Shown here in pieces: positions 9,455 to 20,211 of a DNA stretch of 64,000 nucleotides. The stretch covers positions 416,001-480,000 of the forward strand of contig CAVVLO010000001.1 in the NCBI GenBank assembly GCA_963749155.1. Reading direction: 5' to 3'. The position numbers and the translations under genes are program-made. The notes under the pieces were generated by a model, which ran no database searches, had not been told where the DNA came from, and saw only the letters and a program-made list of their open reading frames with translations. Every line of letters begins with the position of its first letter. Position 1 is the first letter of the stretch. This DNA is from an uncultured Armatimonadia bacterium. Its GTDB lineage: Bacteria; Armatimonadota; Zipacnadia; CAVVLO01.

Positions 9455-10417
9455 ATGAACACCAGGTTCTGGAAGCTCTTCTCATCCGACTGGCAGGCCA
9501 ACTGCCTCGCCTGGCAACACTGTCCCGCCAATCCAGTTGTGCCTCCTGGCCAGCCTGCGTGGAAATCTCGCTGGACCGCCAACCCGCATTTCTTCGAGTG
9601 GGAGGGTCGCTTGCTGCTGGCTTATCGGGGGAATGGCGAAGCCCAAAATCGCCCGGGCGAGTTACACGACCGCATCGCGATCGCCGAGGTCCTCTCAATC
9701 GGCCCTGAAGGCCTCTCAATCCGCGACCTGAACGACGGCAGTTTCGCCATCGACTGCGGCGCCCCGGGCCAGTTCGACGACCAGGAAGCTCTCGACCCCG
9801 CGCCTGCGCTCTTCAAGGGCCAGGTGTGGCTCTACTACTCCGCCGTCGGGACAGGCCAGCCCGACAGCCTGGGCCTTGCGACCAGCCCCGATGGAGAACA
9901 CTTCACCAAGCGCGGCCAGGTGATGGTCGGCCGGGCGCCCACCGTCCTCGTGCGCGGAGAACGCCTCTATATGGCCTACCAATTGCAGGATGAACAGGGC
10001 AACTACGTCCCGGTGCTCGCAAGCTCCGAGGATGGCTTCCACTTTGAGCCAGTCGACGACGGCAAGATTCGCGGTCTAATCCTGCCTGACACCTGGGCGT
10101 CTCTTTCAGTCGGCACGATGCGTCTCTACGACGACGGTGACTGGGCCTACCTGCTGTATGGCGGAAGCTCCTACCTGGCCGATGAGCCCGACTTCTTCGG
10201 CCTGGCGCGCTCGAAGGACCTTCTGAACTGGGAGCAACATCCTGGCAACCCAATCTTTGGATGCGGCCCGAAAGGCGCTGCCGACGGCGGGGCCATCTGG
10301 TCGGCTGCCTGTATCGAGTGCGAGGAGGGCTACGCGCTGGTGCACGAGGGCAGCCCTGGGAAATACTCCTGGGCGCTGGATTCGCATATCTGCCTGAGCT
10401 GGCTAAAGAAAAGCTAA
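9455..10417 (+). CDS. Five-bladed beta-propeller glycosidase/phosphorylase-like protein (GH43/GH130-like)
   Basis: GGAGG RBS; NPVV, DP..., Asp-box-like ATSPDG and ARSKDLLNW repeats, GNPIF. Confidence 0.6.
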   Translation: MNTRFWKLFSSDWQANCLAWQHCPANPVVPPGQPAWKSRWTANPHFFEWEGRLLLAYRGNGEAQNRPGELHDRIAIAEVLSIGPEGLSIRDLNDGSFAIDCGAPGQFDDQEALDPAPALFKGQVWLYYSAVGTGQPDSLGLATSPDGEHFTKRGQVMVGRAPTVLVRGERLYMAYQLQDEQGNYVPVLASSEDGFHFEPVDDGKIRGLILPDTWASLSVGTMRLYDDGDWAYLLYGGSSYLADEPDFFGLARSKDLLNWEQHPGNPIFGCGPKGAADGGAIWSAACIECEEGYALVHEGSPGKYSWALDSHICLSWLKKS

Positions 10418-10483
10418 CCCAGACAATCACAGGGGGTAGTACCCCCTGTACCCCCATACTGGCTCCGCCCGTCGGAGGTTACT

Positions 10484-11909
10484 GTGAAGGAAGCTAGCTT
10501 GCTCGTTTTACTGCTGCTTATGATTCTGGCCTCGCTTGCTTCTGCGTGGGAGCCTGTCGCCGAGGGCATCGAGTACCAGACCTTCACCTTGCCCGACCCC
10601 AACAACCTCTATGTCGCCAGGATGGACCGCGCTAATCCTGCCGTGATGATCGAGAGCAGCCTGCCGCAGGGCAAGCTGTCGGGCGTCCGCGAGACCGTCG
10701 CCAGGCAGTCGGCCCGACTCGATGATGCCATCGGCTATTGGGATCGCGAGTGGGGGAGGCGCAATCAGGTCGTCGTCGCCATCAACGGCGACTGGATCAA
10801 CCTCGATAATAACGTCGTCTTCGGCGGGCAGTTCCACTCTGGCTGGTATGCCAAGCAGCTTCAGGGCATCTGGGGAGGCTCCACCTTTGCCTGGACTTTC
10901 GACCGCCAGGTGCATTTCAACGCATGCAACGAGTTCACCACCGACGTCCTCACAGTCCATTACCACGCCACTGGACGTAACTCAGACCGCCCAGGGCCTT
11001 GGCCGGCCGCGCGGCGAAAACGAACTTGTGCTCTACACGCCCCAGTATGACGCCACCACCGGCGCCGATGCCACCGGCGTTGAGGTCGTCATTCAGCTTG
11101 CTACGCCGACTCTGGCTCTCTCCCCGCCAGACGAAGTGACCGGGCAAGTGGTCGAAGTCCGCGTGGGGAAGGACGCCGCGCCCCTCCCCTTCGACTGCCT
11201 CGTGCTGTCCGCAACTGGCGAAGCCGCCGAGATGCTCCGCGCTAACGCGCCCCTTGGCAGTCAGGTGGGCCTCTCGCAGCACATCATCGGAATCGGCCTC
11301 GATGGCGCCACTCCTGACGGCTTCGACTGGCGGAACACTTATGCGGCAGTCCGGGGCAACCATCTCTTCCTGCAGGAGGGCCAACCCGTTGGCGGCCCGC
11401 ATGACCTGGCCCAGCGCCATCCGCGCACGGCCGTTGCCTGCAACGACCAGTATGTCTTCTTTATCGTGTGTGATGGCCGCTCTGAGGTGAGCCGGGGGAT
11501 GACCGCCATCGAACTGGGCGAGTTCTGCCGCGACCACCTGGGCGCCACCTGGGGACTGAACCTCGATGGTGGCGGCTCGTCCACGATGATTATCAAGGGC
11601 ACCGTGATGAACATGCCTTCCGACGGTCGTGAGCGTCCAATCGGCAACGGTCTGATGATGGTGAACCCGCAGCCGAAGCGCACCTCGACCGTTTTTGGAG
11701 CGGGGCAGACCGTTGCCACCACCACCGAAGCCAACCTGCGCCTCGGCCCTGGCACAAATTACGCTGTACTGGCGACTCTGCCGGTCGGGACAGAAGGCAT
11801 CCTGCTGCCGCACCAGCTTGCCGGTGTCTTCGCCAAGGGTGACTTCTGGTGGAAGGGCCTCTTCGCCGGTCAGTCCGGCTGGGTCGCCGAGTCGCTGCTG
11901 GCGCCGTAG
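10484..11909 (+). CDS. Secreted phosphodiester glycosidase (NAGPA/DUF2233) with C-terminal SH3-like domain; frameshift at ~10975
   Basis: Signal peptide; VAING, HPRTAVA, NLDGGGSS; ANLRLGPGTNY...GWV; ORFs 10484-11050 and 10722-11909 join. Confidence 0.8.
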
Positions 11910-12071
11910 ACTTGCATCCTGGTTTTGCCCGCCCTTCCCAGATAGGGGTGCAGGGGTGAGTCACCCCTGCGCCTTTAAAGCCTTCGCTCTTGGTGCCGAT
12001 CTCTGCAGGAGAAGATCACTCGACGCCGTAAGTGGTACCAACGCTCACTACAATGACAAGGAGAGTGACTT

Positions 12072-12950
12072 ATGAGAAGACTGTTCTGGATGCCCTTGCT
12101 GCTGATCGCCGCTTTGACCTTGCCTGCTGTGGCTGCACCTTCGCTCGGTGTGCCTTCAGGCTATCTCTTCCTGCCCAATGCCCAGGTTGCCCCGATGGAG
12201 GCCTGGGACGTAGGCCTTGCCTATGTCCACACCGCTGGTGACAATCAGCTTGGCGCCCTCGACGTAAGCGGTGGCCCACCTTGTGACAGCGACGGATTTG
12301 TCCTGCGCGGCATAACTGGCCTGTCCGAGACCGTAGAGGTCGGCGCCGGCCTGCAATATGTAGACAAGAGCTACGGCAGCGCCACTGCCTATATCCTCTC
12401 CGCCAAGGCTCAGGTCTGGGACGATGCCGCCCAGGGGCTGTCCGCCGCGGTTGGGCTCCTCTATCGCGACTGGAACGCCAACATGAGCTTTGATACCTTC
12501 AGCGGTTCCATCGATATGGAACTGCCCTCGATTTTCTCCGCTTACCTGGCTGTCGACAAGGCCTGGGGCGGGGAAGACGGCGAGGCGGCCGGCCTGGCAA
12601 CCCTTGGCCTGATGTACGACCGCTTCAAGAGCGCCAGGCAGCTCTCCAATACTGGCTGGGTGGTAATGCCGATTTCATGGCCTATCGATTTCGATGGGAC
12701 GGTCCAATCGAAGACTGCTTTGACACCCTTCCTGGCAATCCAGGTGACCCAGGATGATCTGACCTTCCTTGGTGAATACAAGCCGAAGATCGACGACAAC
12801 GGCTTCAACTATGCTGATGACTTGTGGGGGCTTGCGGTCCGCAAGCAGTTGAATCCAGACCTTACCCTTACAGCCGGCGTGACCAGCTTCAACCTGCCCT
12901 ACACTGACGCCGATATGGGCTTCTATCTGGATGCCGCCTGGGTGTTCTAG
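12072..12950 (+). CDS. Exported protein, probable outer-membrane beta-barrel
   Basis: AAGGAG RBS, signal peptide, alternating beta pattern, C-terminal aromatic YLDAAWVF. Confidence 0.55.
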   Translation: MRRLFWMPLLLIAALTLPAVAAPSLGVPSGYLFLPNAQVAPMEAWDVGLAYVHTAGDNQLGALDVSGGPPCDSDGFVLRGITGLSETVEVGAGLQYVDKSYGSATAYILSAKAQVWDDAAQGLSAAVGLLYRDWNANMSFDTFSGSIDMELPSIFSAYLAVDKAWGGEDGEAAGLATLGLMYDRFKSARQLSNTGWVVMPISWPIDFDGTVQSKTALTPFLAIQVTQDDLTFLGEYKPKIDDNGFNYADDLWGLAVRKQLNPDLTLTAGVTSFNLPYTDADMGFYLDAAWVF

Positions 12951-12967
12951 GTAAACCATCCTTGCTT

Positions 12968-13823
12968 GCGTGTTTCGCGAACTCGTTCCCGAAACCCAGC
13001 AAAGATTGAAAAAATACGATGGTGCAGGGGTTCTGCCCCTGCACCCGCCTTCTTACTTGCGTGTTTCGGGAGTCTTGCTCCCGAAACCTGGGCTCGCTGC
13101 ACTGATCCTTGCCGCGAAGCGGCGGGTCTGGAGCCTCTGAGCTTGCACCTGAGGTGCCTTTGCCTTATGTAGGGGCGGGTCTGAGATCTCCGCCCAGCCC
13201 GAGGCCGTTGGAGCCGAGGCTCCTGAGCAGGCGGCTGCCAGGCCTTGCCTTATGTAGGGGCGGGTTGAGACCGCCCAGCCCGAGGCCCTGAGGCTCTCGA
13301 AGGGCCAATCCAATTACCTTGATGCAAGTGAACCGGCAAAGAATCGATGGTGCAGGGGTTCTACCCCTGCACCCGCCTTCTTACTCACGTGTTTCGGGAG
13401 TCTTTGCTCCCGAAACCTTGGAGCCTGGCTTGCACCTGACGCCTTTGCCTTATGTAGGGGCGGGTCTGAGACCCGCCCAGCCCGAGGCCCTGAGGCTCTC
13501 GAAGGGCCAATCCAATTACCTTGATGCAAGTGAACCGGCAAAGAATCGATGGTGCAGGGGTTCTACCCCTGCACCCGCCTTCTTACTCACGTGTTTCGGG
13601 AGTCTTTGCTCCCGAAACCTTGGAGCTTGGCTTGCACCTGATGCCTTTGCCTTATGTAGGGGCGGGTCTGAGACCCGCCCAGCCCGAGGCCCTGAGGCTC
13701 TCGAAGGGCCAATCCAATTACCTTGATGCAAGTGAACCGGCAAAGAATCGATGGTGCAGGGGTTCTACCCCTGCACCCGCCTTCTTACTCACGTGTTTCG
13801 GGAGTCTTTGCTCCCGAAACCTT
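12968..13823. repeat. Mosaic REP tandem array 1 (202-bp unit, ~2.9 near-identical copies plus a degenerate leading copy)
   Basis: REP-C at 13061, 13389, 13591, 13793; identical spurious ORFs at 13314 and 13516. Confidence 0.95.
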
Positions 13824-13854
13824 GCAACCTTGGAGCTCTTTCCAGCCAATCCAT

Positions 13855-13990
13855 GGTAAAACCTTTGTAAATCTTTCGCGTAGTCGACCCTGAAACGCTC
13901 GGTCTGGCACGCTTCTTGCATAATATAACCCCCGGGTGGGAGGGGGTTTGGGATGGGATTCCCGGGGGTTGCGAAAGTGTTTCGGAAACC
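13855..13990 (+). repeat. Copy 2 of the ~130-bp dispersed module
   Basis: Matches 18707-18848 and the reverse complement of 860-990. Confidence 0.9.
13905..13920 (+). promoter_or_regulatory. Sigma54-type -24/-12 motif
   Basis: TGGCAC-GCTTC-TTGCA is an exact TGGCAC-N5-TTGCW match; TGGCAT variant at 18757-18772. Confidence 0.55.
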
Positions 13991-14063
13991 TGACAATCCT
14001 TGTTCCCACGAGCTTTTTAGGACGCCTTGAGGCCCTTTACTCGCTCTTTCCAGGTGATGCGCA

Positions 14064-14891
14064 ATGCCCGAACCTGACGCTGGCCAGTCTCAATATGCTT
14101 TTCCCAGGCTCAGCCTCGCCCCCTTTGTTCACGAATACGCACCCAAAGAGACCGTTCGCGTGGACTATACGAGCCTCGTAGATGGCTTCGCCGACTGGGC
14201 CTTGCTCTGTCCTCCTCGCCACGAGTCGCTTTGGCTTGTTTTCGTCCACGGTCATGGCTCAGCGGGCGATCAGCTCTTCGTGCGCGAGGATATCCGGGAG
14301 CGTCTCCTCTTCCCGGCGCTCGAACGTGGCCTCGGACTGCTGATGGTCAACCTGCGCGGCAACGCCTGGATGGGCCCGGCTGCGGCTGAAGACCTGCTCG
14401 CTCTGATCAAATTCATCCGCGGCGATTATGGGGCAAAGAAGCTGATTTTCCCAAGTGGCTCGATGGGCGCAAGCAGTAATCTCATCTTCGCCCGCATGTA
14501 TCCTGAGGAAGTCGCCGGGGTCGTGGCCCTTTGTCCGGCTACTGACCTTGCCTCCTATTGGGCCTGGTGTAAGGAAAAAGCTTCGCCGATTACACTCGAG
14601 ATAGCCAGTGCAATCCAGGAGTCATACGGAGGCGTCCCTTCCGAGCGGCCAGCTCTTTATGAAGTCCACTCCGCGCTGTTTGGGGCGGACCGGCTCAGGA
14701 TGCCGCTCTTCCTCGCCCATGGTACCGCCGATGACATCATCCCTGTGGAACAGTCTCGGCGCCTTGCAGAGCGGCTTGCCACCAAGCCAACGTTCACTTA
14801 TGTAGAACAACCTGGCGGCCACCATGACACGCCACTAGCCCTGGCCACCGAGGCCCTGGACCAGGTCCTCTCCCAGGTCGAAACGGGCTGA
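14064..14891 (+). CDS. Alpha/beta hydrolase (S9-like)
   Basis: FVHGHG, SGSMGA nucleophile elbow, HGTADD, GGHH. Confidence 0.85.
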   Translation: MPEPDAGQSQYAFPRLSLAPFVHEYAPKETVRVDYTSLVDGFADWALLCPPRHESLWLVFVHGHGSAGDQLFVREDIRERLLFPALERGLGLLMVNLRGNAWMGPAAAEDLLALIKFIRGDYGAKKLIFPSGSMGASSNLIFARMYPEEVAGVVALCPATDLASYWAWCKEKASPITLEIASAIQESYGGVPSERPALYEVHSALFGADRLRMPLFLAHGTADDIIPVEQSRRLAERLATKPTFTYVEQPGGHHDTPLALATEALDQVLSQVETG

Positions 14892-14916
14892 AAGCCAGAC
14901 TTCGGAGTCGCGCATC

Positions 14917-15485
14917 GCCCCTGCACCCGCCTTCCGACTCACGTGTTTCGGGAGTCTTTGCTCCCGAAACCTTGGAGCCTGGCTTGCACCTGACGCCTTT
15001 GCCTTATGTAGGGGCGGGTCTGAGACCCGCCCAGCCCGAGGCGCCCCAGGCGCCGAGGCCCTGAGGCTCTCGAAGGGCCTTATTCATATCCCCGCCGAGG
15101 CCGTCAGGCCGCCTTGTCGAAGGACCCTGTTCATATCTCTACCGAGGCCCTGAGGCTCTCGAAGGGCCAATCCAATTACCTTGATGCAAGTGAACCGGCA
15201 AGGAATCGATGGTGCAGGGGTTCTACCCCTGCACCCGCCTTCCGACTGACGTGTTTCGGGAGTCTTTGCTCCCGAAACCTTGGAGCCTGGCTTGCACCTG
15301 ACGCCTTTGCCTTATGTAGGGGCGGGTCTGAGACCCGCCCAGCCCGAGGCGCCCCAGGCGCCGAGGCCCTGAGGCTCTCGAAGGGCCTTATTCATATCCC
15401 CGCCGAGGCCATAGGCCGCCTTGTCGAAGGACCCTGTTCATATCTCTACCGAGGTCGTGAGGCTCGCGAAGGGCCAATCCAATAA
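14917..15485. repeat. Mosaic REP tandem array 2 (~308-bp unit, ~1.8 copies)
   Basis: REP-C at 14943 and 15251; same modules as array 1 with extra GAGGCTCTCGAAGG sub-repeats. Confidence 0.92.
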
Positions 15486-15552
15486 CTTACAGTGTTACGC
15501 CTTTGCCCTCCAGCAGGCTTCTCCTCGCCTGCCGTCGAACCCTTGCTGCATT

Positions 15553-18038
15553 ATGAAGTCAGCCTGGGAAATCAGCTTGTTCGCCTGCCTTGTTCTGGTT
15601 CTCCAGACTACCTTCACCTTTGCCCAGGGGGAGCTACCGATGCCTGATTCTGCCCTTGCCACGCCCCAGCTTTGCACTGGCCCGCGCCTGCTCAAGCTTG
15701 GCGAGAGCCTTGATTTCGAGCTTCACGCCCCCGAGGGAGTCCAGTGTGGCCCGCTTGTGGTTTTCACGCGCTATCTCGAGCAAGCTAATCCGGGCGAAGC
15801 CTTCCAGCTCAACGATTCGCTCGCCTGGGTGGAATCTCAGCCAAAAGTCGAGGTGCCGGTCCAGTGGTCAGGTTCTCTTGGGACAGCCACCTACACCCCC
15901 TCCGAAACCGGCAGTTACCTCGCCAGGTGGACAGTGGGAGAGGAGACCTTCTACAGGTATTTCGCCGCCATCGAGGACGACTCTCTGGTGCTCAGCTTCA
16001 GCCCCTTCTGCCCGCTCGAGCCAACGCCCACGCTCCATTCGACGGGCATCCCGCTTGACTACCGCATGCCCGCCGACCGCCTTCAGCCGGGCGATGCCCT
16101 CTGCGCCAGGCTGCTCAGTTACAACCGGCTTTGGGGCGATAACTTCCTGCCCATCCTGCCTGACACCCCCGACCTCGATGCCGCTGCCAGGCAAGCCCAA
16201 TATGGTGAAGCGCTTGGCAAGGTCAGAGCTTTGCTGCCGGATCCTGCGGATGGGCGCTCTGCCTGGCTCGAATGCAATCACGAACTCGACCCCGGTTATG
16301 GCGACCTCCTGTCAAAACTCGGGATAAACGACCATTGTGGCCTCTGGTGCGCCAATGCCAAGCCCTGGCTGGGGATGCCCGAGTTTCCCTATTTCACCTC
16401 GCCTGCGGATTGCCGCAAGCCTTGTCAGACGGGCAACGTCGGGCTGGTCTCCCACCAGTGGGATTTCTGCGGTGGCTGGCACTTCCTCGGGCCTGTGAGC
16501 TGGCATTTCAAAGTGACCGAGGGCAACTGGTCAAAGGCTGAAAGCTGCATGCTGCAGGGGATCACGGAATACGAGAATCTGACTCAGATGTCCGGCCATC
16601 CTGCCTTCTTGAATCCCCTCTACGAAGCGCTTGATGTCGGGCTGGGTTATCCGAATCCGGATTTTGAAATCGGCACTGGCGAGCCGCGCAACTTCAAAGG
16701 CCTGGTTGATGAGGCCTTTCTGTGCAACCGGGCTCTCACTCACGCGGAGCTTCAAGCCCTTATCGCAGAAGGCCTCAGCGCGCTGGAAGCGCCTCTTGCC
16801 GCCTGGGACTTCGAGGGAGACGGGCTTTCCTTTAACTGACGTCTCAGGTCACGGTCACCACGCCGAACTGATAAACGGCGCCCATCTGGAAGAAGGCCGT
16901 CGGGGTAAAGCTCTCGCGCTTGATGGTGTAGATGACAGCCTGGCCATCAAAACCGCCCTCTTTGTCGACACAACTGACTTCTCAATGGGTTGCTGGGTAA
17001 AGCCTGGCGCGGAGCAAAGGCAGTATGCCAACCTGCTTTCGAGCCATAACGCAGGCGGCAGTGGCCCCTTCAGGGGGATATCCTTCGAACAGGATTCAAC
17101 CAACGCCAACCGGTTCCATCTTATCGCTGGAGATGGTACCGGCTGGTATATCTCCGACAATGTGCAACTCGAAGCAGGTCGCTGGCAGCATCTGGCCGCA
17201 GTGCGCGAGGGCCGGCGCCTTGGCCTTTACCTGGATGGACAGCTTGCCGCCCAGAACGAACTGCCTTCCGAAGCGCCTTTCCCGGCAGCCACAGACGGCC
17301 TGCGGATCGGAGACTGGGTAAGGGGTACGCCTGATGTTAATCGCGCCAGGCAGTTCCTGGATTTCGTCGAGCGCTACCAGCGCTTCATCGCCTTCGACCT
17401 GCCAAAATCGCATAAGCTGGTCTTTGCCCGCTCGCAGGATGTTGCCGATTATTACCGCCGGCACTTTGTGACCACGCCGCGCACCGTCTTCTCAAGCAAG
17501 ACTGACCACGTGACTTATGACATTTGGTGGACCTATCAGTGGGATATGAACCGGTATTTTATGGTCACTCGCGAGCGGCTCCCCTGGCTGACCCGAGTCT
17601 TGAAGGTGCCGCGGATCGGTTACAAGGATCCTCTTTCTTATGAGTTCCTTCTCCTCGAGGACGAGCCGGTGGTCCATCCGGTTCGAGCGCGAGTGCCCGC
17701 ATCCCATCTGGCGTTTCGATTACCGCATGCAGGAGACGACCGAGGAAGGCAGCGCTGTACTCCGGACCGAGCTGCCAGATGTCTACACCCCGGTGCCGAA
17801 GTGGGAGAGGGACGGGGAGGAGTTGGTACTGCGTGTGCGACTGACCTCGCCGGCGCCCTTCGACGATTATGCCCTCTGCATCTGGGCCTTGCCGCCTGAA
17901 CTGGACGCCTCGACCCTTACCTGTGCGGGCGCGAAAGAACTCATCCTCGCCCGCAACACCGATAGCGAGCGCCACGTCGTCCTTTTCTTCGACCTGAAGC
18001 CAAGCCTGGTGTTGGAACTGCGCGGAAAGGCACTCTAG
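15553..18038 (+). CDS. Large secreted protein with an internal LamG domain; frameshifts at ~16830 and ~17665
   Basis: Signal-peptide-like start; three overlapping ORFs (to 16839, 17899, 18038); ALDGVDD, CWVKP, WQHLAAV, LYLDG. Confidence 0.7.
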
Positions 18039-18046
18039 CCCTGGCC

Positions 18047-18676
18047 ACGTGTTTCGGGAGTCTTTGCTCCCGAAACCTTGGAACTCGCTTGCACCAAACG
18101 TCTTTGCCTTATGTAGGGGCGGGTCTGAGACCCGCCCAGCCCGAGGCCATAAGGCCGAGGCCCTGAGGCTCAGGCTGCCAGGCCGCTCTCGAAGGGCCAA
18201 TCCAATAACCTTGCCGCAAGCGTCCTGGCAAGAAATCGATGGTGCAGGGGTTCTACCCCTGCACCCGCCTTCTTACTCACGTGTTTCGGGAGTCTTTGCT
18301 CCCGAAACCCTGGAGCTCGCTTGCACCTAACGCCTTTGCCTTATGTAGGGGCGGGTCTGAGACCCGCCCAGCCCGAGGCCATCAGGCCGAGGCCTGAGGC
18401 TGTCGAAGGACCATGTTCATATCTCCACCGAGGTCCTGAGGCTCTCGAAGGGCCAACCCAATAACCTTGCCGCAAGCGTCCTGGCAAGAAATCGATGGTG
18501 CAGGGGTTCTACCCCTGCACCCGCCTTCTTACTCACGTGTTTCGGGAGTCTTTGCTCCCGAAACCCGGAGCTCGCTTGCACCTGACGCCTTTGCCTTATG
18601 TAGGGGCGGGTCTGAGACCCGCCCAGCTTTAACCCAACCAGGCTAAGTGTTTCGGAGTCTTTGCTCCCGAAACCTT
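18047..18676. repeat. Mosaic REP tandem array 3 (units of 232 and 256 bp)
   Basis: REP-C at 18049, 18281, 18537 and degenerate at 18647. Confidence 0.92.
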
Positions 18677-18706
18677 GGACCCTTGGAGCCTTTTCCAACC
18701 AGCTTC

Positions 18707-18848
18707 GGTAAAACCTTTGTAAATCTTTCGCGTAGACACCCCCGAAACACCCGTTCTGGCATGCTTCTTGCATAATATAACCCCCGGGTGGGAGGGGGTT
18801 TGGGATGGGATTCCCGGGGGTTGCGAAAGTGTTGCGAAAGTGTTTCAA
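18707..18848 (+). repeat. Copy 3 of the ~130-bp dispersed module
   Basis: Near-identical to 13855-13990. Confidence 0.9.
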
Positions 18849-18987
18849 AGCCGCCGCCGACTCACCTTAACGCACCTTCAACCGGATTCGCGCCGGCGAA
18901 GCCACTTCCGATGGTGCAGCGGCAACTCCTGAGCTTTGCTCACGCCGCCCCTGGGGTGTTCTGCCTTTACCCCTGCAAAGTTGGCTT

Positions 18988-20013
18988 TCAGCCTTTCGGA
19001 GGGCGCTCCATCAGTTCCTGGATGATCTCGGCAATCGCCTCCGAGCTTGCTACCTGTTCGAGGCATATCTGTTTTGAGGTCGCATCCTCAATCCACTTGT
19101 GCTCGCCAGTTGCTGCATCGATCTCTACGCGCCAGCCGCGCCTCTCTTTCCACAGGTCGCCTGGCCCCTTCACTGCATAGAGGGCTGCGCACTGGTCCCA
19201 GCTCGAACGCAGATAGGGCGCTCTTAAGGTATAGATCTCATAAGCCAGCCGCACTGGGTTGGCCGCCGGGCCTTCGGTCACCAGCTTGCCTCCGGTCAGG
19301 ATATCCTCCCCCGAGGGCGACACCACGAGTTCTACCGGCCAGTTGTTGACGACCCTCACTGCCGAAGCCAGGTCCGCAGCCCAGTTGAAGGTGTCTTTTC
19401 CCCTTGGCCAGACCCCCATCGCCATCGAGACAAGCCTCTTCACCTTTCGCTGGACCAGTTCTTCACCGCTAAGAGGACTAAATATATCCGGCTGAGAGTC
19501 TAGTAGCCCAGCGATTCCAGACAGTTGGCCTACCGCGCAGATCGTGATGGAGCCATCCTCCGCCCTGGCTAGCAACTTGCGATACTGGGTAACTGTGTTC
19601 GGGATAGGCGCGCCTTCTACGGTCCGAGTGTGAGGGAAGTTTTTCGCTACCGCCTCGACATAGTCGTGGCCGTGTTCAGCTACGTAAGCCGCCGCGTTAC
19701 GATAAAGCTGATACTCGGGCGCCGTCTCGTAATTTGCCCACATCATACCGCCGATGGGCAGCTCGCCTCGCCCATACCAGGTGTTGATGGCGTCGATGCA
19801 GTGGGGCCCGAAGTCCGTCGGCGCCGAGTGAAGCGCGCCAATCAGGTTGACCAGCCCTTCATCCGCCAGCGCGTGCAGTACCGCAAGTGCTCCGCAATCA
19901 TCCACATCAGAGTGCATATCAGTATCGAATATCAGGTCCACAGGCGCCCTCCCACTAACTGCCACCGAGGTAATCCCCAGCATCAGGACAAGTCCAATTA
20001 TCAGATAACGCAT
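18988..20013 (-). CDS. Exported inosine/uridine-preferring nucleoside hydrolase-family protein
   Basis: Signal peptide; IFDTDMHSDVDD (DxDxxxDD-like) motif; SSWD. Confidence 0.85.
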   Translation of the reverse strand: MRYLIIGLVLMLGITSVAVSGRAPVDLIFDTDMHSDVDDCGALAVLHALADEGLVNLIGALHSAPTDFGPHCIDAINTWYGRGELPIGGMMWANYETAPEYQLYRNAAAYVAEHGHDYVEAVAKNFPHTRTVEGAPIPNTVTQYRKLLARAEDGSITICAVGQLSGIAGLLDSQPDIFSPLSGEELVQRKVKRLVSMAMGVWPRGKDTFNWAADLASAVRVVNNWPVELVVSPSGEDILTGGKLVTEGPAANPVRLAYEIYTLRAPYLRSSWDQCAALYAVKGPGDLWKERRGWRVEIDAATGEHKWIEDATSKQICLEQVASSEAIAEIIQELMERPPKG

Positions 20014-20211
20014 TTTTCTCTCACTCCAGCCAAGGGTGAACTGATTCGTGCTTTTGCCCTTGATACCTGTTGAAGTCTGCCTGTAAAATCTCTCTCTCTC
20101 GCCTCGCTCCCAAGCCTTGTTGGTCCTCTGGCAGGAGACAAAACTCTCGCGCCGAAGCAATAATTAGTCTCATATGTGACCTTTCAGATTCCTGTAATTG
20201 GAGTTTCCCTG

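Noticed and set aside
13053..13996. Repeated short ORFs inside the arrays (also 15114-15485 and 18049-18848)
   Set aside because: Translations of palindromic repeat DNA on both strands, with no RBS or protein motifs
12968..18676. CRISPR array interpretation of the regularly spaced GTTTC..GAAAC hairpins
   Set aside because: The intervening sequences are themselves repeated rather than unique spacers, periods are 200-330 bp, no cas genes are present, and the same hairpin flanks RAYT2
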